From assembly GCA_030704615.1 (NCBI GenBank), contig CM060731.1, positions 57,164,001 through 57,228,000 on the forward strand: 64,000 nucleotides of DNA. The letters are read 5' to 3'. Position 1 is the stretch's first letter. The number at the start of each line of letters is the position of its first letter. The position numbers and the translations under genes were made by a program. A model generated the notes under the pieces. It was not told where the DNA came from and ran no database searches. It was given only the letters and a program-made list of their open reading frames with translations. Of the stretch, positions 48,541-58,230 are shown piece after piece. This DNA comes from Takakia lepidozioides. Its lineage: Eukaryota > Plantae > Bryophyta.

Positions 48541-51400
48541 TGCCTGATTTTATCAACTGTGCCGCTGCAGCTGCTGCCTTTAGTTGACCATCTATCCATG
48601 CAGGTTTCGTGTAGCTATTGATCCACAGGGAATTGTAGGTAATCTGGAACTTGAAGTCCGGCCCTCTTGGATGAATCTGGACCCACACTCTATCCCTGCT
48701 CCTTCAGCTATCCATGCCTCTGCACAAATCATGCATACATCCTTTCGTTGCTGCTAGCAGCCGACAATGACAGCCTAGATTTGTTCTAGGAAACACCCAA
48801 CTCAACTTATCACACCAGTTCTTATGTTCAATTGCATCTGCTACTCTCTGTAATCCAACAGGCATTCACCTTTTTGCCTCGATTGTCCCACCATTAACTG
48901 GGGTCAGAAAAAGTATTCATTCCACAACTGCTCCTCGTCTCTGTTACCTGCCTCCCCGATGTTGTCGTACTTGAACTGAAGCTGTTTTTGGACACTGGCT
49001 GGAACATCCTGGTTGTGGAGAGGCATGTGGAAGGAGAAAGGGTTGAAAGTGACCTGGTCGGGCTTCACCCCCTCTTGCATCTCCAAAGCCCGACCCACAC
49101 CCATGCTGGGCATATCCTGCAATCATCGCACTCCAGGAGACCACATCACGTTCAGCCATCTTCTGATAAGAGGGGAAAACAGGGTGAAATGTGTTGAAGA
49201 AGGTGCCTTGAGTAGCAGTGCCTGATTTTATCAATTGTGCCGCTGCTGCTGTGGCTTCCAGTTGACCATCTACCCATGCAGGTTTCTTGTAGCTATCCTT
49301 CCACAGGGAATCATAGGTAATCTGGAGCTTGAAATCCGGCCCTCTTGGATGAATCTTGACCCACACTCTATCCCTGCTCCTTCAGCTATCCATGTCTCTG
49401 CACAAATCATGCATACATCCTTGCCTTGCTGCTAGCAGCTCACATGACAGCCTAGAATTGTTCCAGCAAACACCCCAACCCTACTTATCACACTAGTTCT
49501 TATGCTGACCTGCGTCTGCTTCCAACAGGCGTTCACCTTTTTGCCTGGATTGTTCCACCATTGACTGGGGTCGGAAACGTATTCATTCCAGAGCTTCTCC
49601 TCGTCTCTGTTATCTGTTTTCCGATACTTTCATGTTGCTACATTGGCAGTAACATGTCAAAATCACTCCAAAACACCATAGATCCACCAATGAGCTAACT
49701 TGCAGAATTCAACATGATAATTTAGGGCCGACTCTGATAACAGGGAAAAACAGGCTGCAATGTGTTCAAGAAGGTACCTTCATTAGCAGTGCCTTGTTCT
49801 ATCAATTGCGCTGCTGCCGCTGCTGTTTCCAGTTGACCATCTACCCACAGAGATTTCTTGTAGCTATTGATCCACAGGGAATCAGAAGTAATCTTGTGTT
49901 TGAAATCCGGCCCTCTTGGATGACAGCCCAGTCTAGCAATGCAGCTTGTGTGGGAGGCAGCAGCTTCACGAGAGCCACACTCTCCTCCTCTGTTTGGCAT
50001 GACAAGACCTGCTCTGGGGTCAATGCATCCAATATTCCTTGAGGAAGCTCCTGAAACCATGCCTGCAGAAAATCCCATATCAACATATTGGTTCAGCCTA
50101 CTTTAGAATTTTAGACTTGGAGTACCATGTGCCTGAACTAAGGGTGTGAAATTATTATTTTCCCTCTTTGCTCTCATTGACTGCATTAATGAATTTGAAG
50201 TGTCCAAGATCACAAACACTAACCTTGATGAGGCCAGCAAGGCAGTGGAGGTCACTATCTAAGGGCACAATGCCCTTGTTGAGTTGGTCCCTCACATGTT
50301 CTTTATGGCTGTTTTCTGCATTAGTCCTGAGATGCCCTCAGCCTGCAAAAGTGCACAGTTCCTCAGGTAAGATTTTATGCTGCAACTTTCCTCCAACTCC
50401 AAACGCAAACAACTAGGGGTCAACATCAGCTATTGTCCCTGCTTGGGCACCCGCAGTCACTGCAAGTGCATGCAAGTACCGAAGAGCCAGAGGTCATTCA
50501 AGGGAAAGGGATATTAAAGTGAACCTTCAAGCCTCCTTGGTAATAGAGTCGCTCCTGCATAAGAAGAAGGATGGTGGGGATACTATTGCCTCTGTCTGTA
50601 TTCAACACAAAGATACATGTATATAAGCTAGAAGAGCAAGGGGAAGGAGAATGTACATTGGGTACTGGGCATCCTCACATGGCTATATAGAAGATACTTG
50701 GATGCACTCCATATTGGAGCTCTTCCTTCTTTTGGATTGTCATGAAGAATGACAGAAAATATCTTGCTGAAACCAACCAAGCTACAGAAGCATTTGAAAA
50801 AATAGAAAATTAACCCTCACAATCAAACTACTAAGGAAACTAAGGGAACAGGCTTTCTTAGCACGACCATTGGCGCTCTTGCTGTCCCGGTGGCACTGTT
50901 CCATGCACTCATGCACAAGACTGTAGATCTAACTTTCCTAGTCGTAGAGAAGCGGCAAGACGGAAGAAATGGAGGGGAGAAAACCTGGCACTGGGCACCC
51001 GCCGTGGATCTCAACCTCAAATTTAGCAGGCAGGCCAAGAAAACCATTGTAACGATCGAAAGCCAGGACATCGGAAACGTATTCGTTCCAGAGCTTCTCC
51101 TCGTCTTTGTTATCTGTTTTCCGATACTTTCCTGTTCCCACATTGGCAGTAACATGTCAAAATCACTCCAACCACCTTAGATCCACCAACGAGCTAACTT
51201 GCAGAATTCAACATGAAAATTTAGGGACGACTCTGATAACAGGGAAAAACAGGCTGAAATGTGTTTAAGAAGGTGCCTTCATGCATTCAATTGTGCTGCT
51301 GCCGCTGCTGTTTCCAGTTGACCATCTACCCACGCAGATTTCTTGTAGCTATGGATCCACATGGAAATAAGAAGTAATCTTCTGTTTGAAATCCGGCCTT
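48540..51400 (-). repeat. Tandem two-exon modules encoding OSB-type PDF motifs
   Basis: Exon A (DEEKLWNEYVSDPSQWWNNPGKK / WWDNRGKK) at 51070-51145 (partial), 49537-49637, 48870-48960. Exon B (IHPRGPDFKxxITxxSLWINSYKKPAWVDGQL) at 51290-51398, 49778-49921, 49207-49354, 48540-48676. Confidence 0.85.
49921..51070 (-). pseudogene. RopGAP (CRIB-RhoGAP) genomic fragment, four exon remnants with introns
   Basis: AFDRYNGFLGLPAKFEVE (CRIB), RGNSIPTILLLMQERLYYQGGLK, AENSHKEHVRDQLNKGIVPLDSDLHCLAGLIK, AWFQELPQGILDALTPEQV...LLPPTQAALLDWAV. Confidence 0.88.
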
Positions 51401-52744
51401 GGCCTATGAAATTGATGCAATGTGGGACGATGATTGGTAACGGCGTTCACAAGCCTAAGCAAGCAAAATGATGTGATCTGCGGAGCCTTTGCAGGAAAAC
51501 CGAAGCCGAAAAGCCACTGTTTGCATTGAGCAGCGAGACTGTTGAGGGCTTGCAGCTTGCAAGGTGAACGATGGCGGAAAAAGAACTTCAAGAACCGGGC
51601 AATCCAGGCACGCTCCGAAAAAACTTGGCGCTTTGGGGTTTTTCTGGCGGGCAGTCCGGGCAGATAGAAATAAATTGACGACGTATGAAAGGTGGCTACG
51701 ACAAGGTGGCTACGAAACGTGGCGACGATGACGTGGCACTATGGCACCCTATTCCTAAACTAGCTCTCGACCTTCGGTCGTCGCTAAAATTTGTATATAA
51801 ATAAACTGCTGAGGAACCTAGTGTGGGCATATTATGAAAGCACGATGTCGTGTATCTCATGCAGACCCGCAAGGGTACTAACGTTGGTGGACCTGTTGTT
51901 GCTGGCTCTCAGGTGCGTCAAGCAACTTCGGCTTTCTTGTTTCCCAGTTCTGGTCAAGCTATACGTTGAGTTTGTGTTGCAATATTGTACGGGACTTTAC
52001 GAACGAGAACTGTGTATTTCATGTGAATGACGTAGCTTCTTCCTGCTGGAGTTGGTTATCCAGCAGGGTATGTAGCTCGGCCAGGATGTGATTAGTGTTA
52101 CAGCTGATGACAATTGGGTTTGGGGGTGGGTGTTAATCAAAGGGCTGGCATATTAGAAAGCACGGCATAGTTTCCAGCGTCATCTACTTTGATGCAAGGA
52201 GCCATCAGTAATGGGACCATAAACACAGAGTGAATGCATCACCTGCCTGATTTTGTGATACGAAATTCTGGTCGGTGTAATGGCAGGATCATTCATCCAA
52301 GCACACAATAAAGCTTTCAGCTGGACACTGATCGATGTGGTGGATAACAGTCACTGGTGCCAAGAAATCCGTGGACATCTCGTCAAGGACTTGCCCGAGG
52401 GGTTTTGTTGGCAGGAAGAATAACTGCCCTTCTGCTCTCTTGCCCTCGTCAAGCTCTGGATCAGCGATGCAGAAGGCCACCACGGATTCCATGACGAGGC
52501 CATCGTAGAGTTTGGGTCCTCCAACTGGTGGCAACAGATTGGGTAGGGAATCTGGTCTCAGTTTTGGGACTTGTAGCTTGTGCCGGTAGACGTCATGGAA
52601 CTGAGAGACTTCGTGTGCTTTCAAGAGCCGGGAGATTTTCCAGGAACTGTTTTGTGTGTGGCAAAGCGAGAGGGAAAGATATGGTTTGCTTGACCGATTG
52701 GGAAGGAGAAGCGAAGGACAGAGGGATTTCCTCTGTGGGTGACT

Positions 52745-53809
52745 ATGGACTTGCAACCTAGCGCCCCATTTGCATCATCTTCCTCCTTTCCGTCGCCGGT
52801 CTCAGAAACCCAGCCGACCGTTGAAGAGGATCAGTTTTCTTGTAACAAGGTAAGATGTTTCGCTCATGAATCTGCCCCTGGATATTATTCTCCAGGAGGG
52901 GCAAGACACTCAGTAGCCCCATCATACAGCGCTGACACATGCGGTAAGTCTCTCTTTTGCGTTTCGCAGATGGGTATCCATGATCGATCGCGATTGGTCG
53001 GACCATACTTCTCCCAAAACAAAATTGCTTACAGAGGCCCAAGTGGCGGACCCACTCCATCGGTGCTGACCCCACGAATTACGCCCTGCCTGACCAGCAC
53101 CCTCCAAGAACTCATATGCAGAAGTGGAGGGAAGAATTGCCCCAAAAAACCGAGAGATTATACAGTAGTGGACCCTTCAACCGCAAGACTTTTGACCAAA
53201 CTAAGAAATCTGGACGAAATTTTACGAAATTTAGATGATTCCTTACTCTGCAAGAAGTTTACTGCATCAAAGAAGGCCATTGTGCCCCAGACAGAGGAGT
53301 CGCCCGTTTCCATGGCGAAGTGGCTTGAAAGAAATTATCCAGCGATACAGACCTATTCCATTGACAAGCAAAGGGCTGCTGGATTGTCTCAAAGTGATAA
53401 ACTGAAAGCAACCTTGACTCCAAACACTCCTGCCGTCGCTACCCCGGGTATGAGTACTAAATCGATTTCACGTCTGGACTTCAAAGCCCAGTTGGAGAGG
53501 CTTGCAGGAAATCTGGATAAGCAATCGCCGGAAATGGACAGCGGGCGGCTGGATCCCGGGAGCTATGGGGGCACCAACGCTCCGCAGTCGTTCTCAACGC
53601 CTGTAATGCCACAGGCAAGTGAAGATGTTCCATTTCTGCTTTCACGCTATGCAAACATCAAAAGTGCAATTATATCACCCCAAGAAGGCTTGATGATGGA
53701 GATTTTGACTCGTGTTGAGGCGCTTGAGCGCAAGATGGTACTTCGCCGAGAGAGAGTGAGGCAATGCAAGCAAAGGGTACTACATCTTACCTGTGATCCT
53801 CTTGCATAA
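52745..53809 (+). CDS. Uncharacterised protein (354 aa as a single exon; may splice at about 53737)
   Basis: Long uninterrupted ORF, Ser/Pro-rich, with two amphipathic helices (LLTKLRNLDEILRNLDD; LMMEILTRVEALERKM). Possible donor gtactt. Confidence 0.6.
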   Translation: MDLQPSAPFASSSSFPSPVSETQPTVEEDQFSCNKVRCFAHESAPGYYSPGGARHSVAPSYSADTCGKSLFCVSQMGIHDRSRLVGPYFSQNKIAYRGPSGGPTPSVLTPRITPCLTSTLQELICRSGGKNCPKKPRDYTVVDPSTARLLTKLRNLDEILRNLDDSLLCKKFTASKKAIVPQTEESPVSMAKWLERNYPAIQTYSIDKQRAAGLSQSDKLKATLTPNTPAVATPGMSTKSISRLDFKAQLERLAGNLDKQSPEMDSGRLDPGSYGGTNAPQSFSTPVMPQASEDVPFLLSRYANIKSAIISPQEGLMMEILTRVEALERKMVLRRERVRQCKQRVLHLTCDPLA

Positions 53810-56800
53810 TACTGTCTTTAGAATGACAGAAAATCTCACATCCGATGGAGCATACGCTAAAAGGCTACATTGTCAGATGCATGTGTCCAGAGTCTTTTAT
53901 ATAACTTGAGCATTTTAGTAGGATGATCATAAATGGTATACTCTGCAATGGACTACAAGAGCTTCTTTGTGCACCTGTTGAGGTGAAATTTGAGGAATGA
54001 CTTGAGTTGAACAGTTTCTGGTAAAACTAGGTGATCAGCTGGGTCTAGAGGATTATTGGTAGCAAATAGCATACCCTGAAGAGTTTATTAGGCATGCTAC
54101 GAAGTATTTTAAAATTGGAATGTGCCACTCACTGGTTTAGTATGCTACTGATTACTTAGGAATGTTGCATTGTGGAAAGAGAAGAGATCCATGGTGGGAA
54201 GAAGGGTGCCAGGCAAGAAGGTTGTTATTATGCCACAAAAGCAAGTTCCATCCTCCATCCAGCAACGATTGGTCAGGTAAGCACTTGATAGCCTCCAAGA
54301 GCAGAGATGAAAGTTATTTCATCCACTAGAGGCCCAAAGGGCAAGAGGCCATGGATCCTCAGTGTTGAGGAAGTTTCAGATGCTCTTGTGTTGGCCACAA
54401 GCCTACATTCTGGACTACCAAACACGTCGGTTCTTCTAATTATCGCGAAGATGAGAAGGCCAAGTGCCAAAATGACCATGTTGGATAAGTTTCTTTCATT
54501 CTTCCTAGACAATGCGTGCCCTTTTCCAGACATAAGTGACTGGAAGTGCAATCATAGCCACATTTGGGACAAAATTGGGCACAGTGCTGTTTTCTAGCCA
54601 TTGCATCAACCCTCAAGGACAACGGAATCAACAGTTGAGATCTAACTTATACACACTCTCTCTGTCTCTCTGGTCTATCAGGACTGATGCTGCACTTCGG
54701 ATTGTAAAGCAACAACTGCAAATTCTGAGTACTGAAAACCGAACAGGCACAAACAGTTGTGACATGCTGTCCATTCCTCTACACAGGTTGGTTCCAGTGT
54801 GAAAATTCTGTTGGGATCTGTAAAGATCCTGAACTCCATGATTGCGATGACATACACAGGCTTCACCTAAAACCTCGCTGTTAGGTTTGGAACTTGTTGC
54901 AGAGACTCTCAGATACTTCAGCCAAATAAGATTGGGTTTCTACTTTCTGACAAGCCTGTCATAGCTTGTCAGATTTAGCAGTACCCTGAGCTATTGAGTT
55001 CCCTGGACTTTTGAGAAGTTTGCAAAAACCCTTTGGTGAGATTTTTTGCATTCAATAAAGTTAGGAATGTTTTCAATTAGTTATCGTGGAGGAAATTTAA
55101 CTGCACTGATTACAGCTCTAATGTTAACAGCAGCCATGTGGAAACCGTAATTTCACAGCAAAGGCTCGTGTGATGATCATGGCCAAGCTGCAGTTGCACA
55201 GTCAAGCCCATCCAGCTTCCACAACTTTCAGGAGACTATGGCAAGGGGAACTGCGAAAGCAGAAGCATCAGAATCGTGGAGATGTATGAAGAGATTGAAG
55301 GAACAATACTCAATCTTATCGTCTGAAAACCAAGAAATTGCTGTAAGCCATGATCCCAGCAGCCCCATCCTCCTCTCTCTTTCAGTTCTATTTTTCTCCT
55401 TTCTTTCTCTAGGCCCTTTCTATCTATCCAAACCATGCAGGTAGGATGAAATCAGGTTCTTGAAGAATGTTATATCTGCTTGGGAGAAAGACAGTTCTTA
55501 GAAGCAGATATGTTGCAGATATATCCACAGGTGGCTCAATGGACCTATGGGACAAAAGTACAAATACAGAGAGAAACAACAGAATAAAAGAAGGAACTTT
55601 ATAACATCCCCCAAGGGCCCAGCGAGAGAGGGAGAGAGTAAGTGTTCTGTGTCGAGGGAATGTAGAATGAGTCTGAACTACCCAGAGGGGTGTGTCTATG
55701 CAGGAGACAGCCTTTTCAATTTGGTTTTTTTCACTAGAGTTTTCTGTAATCCACATTGTAATATCCTCGAAGTACAAATCTGATCACCTTAATCTATTTG
55801 CACGCTCTCTGTCCAAATACAGCAAGCAACAGAGTGGGCTAAGAAGCAGTGCAATGAACACAGTGTGGAGATTGAGGTCAGTTATACCGTCTCAGAAATG
55901 GATGATGTAACTTCTTGCAAGGGAAGTTGGTTATTTACAGCTTCAAACTGCAATATTCAGTACATACAGCTTGTGGAATATGACAAACGTAATGACACCA
56001 CAATATATAGGGTGGGTGTGGTTAGGACCCACAGCTGGTATTTCTTGGTTGCATATGACTGTTGTGGGTTACACTTTGCAGTGGAAAGCATATGGCAATC
56101 CAGTCACCTATTAACTGAAGACTTGCGGGAAAATGCATGAACTGGGGATGATGTCTGATGTTGTAACAATTAAACCAGTAGAAGGTTCCCTGTGAACAGA
56201 TGTTGTCCTAGCCCCTGTAGGGTAGAGGCTCTGGCCCATACAACAAGCTTTCCTTTTCAATTGTGTGTTTCCCGTTCCAATCACTTCCTCTTCTCATCTC
56301 CACATCAAAGCATGCACTGTGGGGGGAACAGCTGTGCTGGTCCGCCATAAACCAATTGTGCATTGACAATGAAGTGTTTCGGAATGAGCTTCGCCAGCAA
56401 CAAGCCTCGTGTCCTGTTACTCTCTCTGTCCAAGGTCATGCCGCCCATACAGCAAGTACCAATCCAGAAGTTTCTTCCACATATGACTTGCAAGCAGGAA
56501 AGGTAATGATTCCCCAAACATGGCCATGAAGGCCGGGTTGTCAACGAACTACAGATCTCCTAGGACTTACAAACCGTCTGAAAAGTAAACTAAAGCGCCT
56601 TGGAAAGATACATCTTGTATCTTGTATCTTGTATACCTGTATGTCTAATGATAGTGGTGAATGCATTTGTAGTATTTGAATAGGAACCACTCTCCCTCTC
56701 TCTCTCTCTCTCCTGTGGACGTTATGACGTAAGTCCTACTTTCTCTCCAGTAGAGGTCATGAAGCATTTAAATATTATGTAATGGGGTGTGTCAATTTGA

Positions 56801-58230
56801 GCAAAAACTCTGCACGCTGAACAGCTCATGGTGAGACATCCCATATTGTGATGCACAATAGGCATATGTAATATTCCTATCCAAGAAAAAGTTCATATGT
56901 TTGAATAACCCCTCTATAGTCAGACAGGGATGGTCTTAAAGCAGCACTCCCGAGTCACTCTTCCGTGAAATAGGGCATTCTACACAATGTGGAAGGTGCA
57001 GGTATCAAGCAGTTGTGATTGTGAATAAGAGGCTACTCAGGAGAGGGTACCAGCAGCTATTTTCTCAGAGACAGATGGATTTTGACATTAAGAGCAGGAG
57101 GTCAAATGACAAATTCCTTGTCCTCTTTTTATGTCAGTGTCTTTGAGGAAATTTTTGATAGAAGACATTTCAATTGGGACATCTGATATCAGAGATCAGC
57201 AAATCAGAATTGGAGCTTCAAGGACTTCTTAAGTTGGAGATTTGGAGATTTGGAGATTCTCAATTTGACCTTGGAATTTGTGAAAGTAACCAGACTTATT
57301 GTAAGATGTTAAAAAGTATCTCAGAGACAATGACCTTAGCCTTGCCTTGTACCAAGTTTGATGAAGCTTTCAGTATCACACCAAATGAGCTCCAAGTCTC
57401 AATTCAACAGCTGCATTGTCAAGTGCGACTCCGCCCTAGATTGTATCTCTTCATCCCACTAAGTTGGTGGAATTGAGGAGAGAGGGATAGAGGGAGCCCC
57501 TTTGAATGAGGAGTATGTCCAGCCAAGGGCATGCTATGCTTTAGCATGTGGGGGTCAAGCATGTGCATGGTAGGAGCCAGGGTTTTTTGTGGTCTGGCGG
57601 GGATCTACCTTGGCAGGTGTCAGCGCTGATGAGGCTAAACCATCGAGTAGCAGGATGTGAGAGCAAGAATTTGTGGAGCCGCCCAAACCCCTTGGTTGTT
57701 ATGCCAGAGGAATCCAATTCCAGATGGCGATGCTCATTGCCAGTCATTGTACTTGGGAGCTTCCACAGTAGCACGTTGAGATGCTAGCTTGAACTTGCGC
57801 CTGGGCACCTCCTTGATCACCAAGAAATGCCCTTTATCTGAATTTGCTTTCTATCTCCACCCACAATTTGGTATTGTGTGATTATCATTTCAAAGGTGAG
57901 CTTCAATATAAGAAGGGTCTATACCAGTGTTGTGCAAGGAGCAGTCATCATGGTACATCTTTTTCTCATTCCCAGTTCATCTTCAGATAAAAGCAGATGT
58001 TATACCCTTCCCTTCCGTCAATAAGCATTACCTACAGGAAGTTTGTGTGGCTACACAGTTGCATTGCTGGGACTAGGTTAGCCCCCACACCAGAAGTCGC
58101 GGCTCAATGTTGCATTTGCAGAAGAAAAATTGCATGTTCCACATTGACACCGTTTACATAAACATTACAACCCACTCTGGCTTCCCATCCTAAGGTTGAA
58201 ATCACACTTTATTCATGCACACTGCTTCTT

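Noticed and set aside
51766-51790. Small hairpin cgaccttcggtcg as a Helitron 3' end enclosing the captured fragments
   Set aside because: No downstream CTRR terminus and no matching 5' end identified.
54600-58200. Several short ORFs downstream of the orphan gene
   Set aside because: Short, overlapping on both strands and without domain signal.
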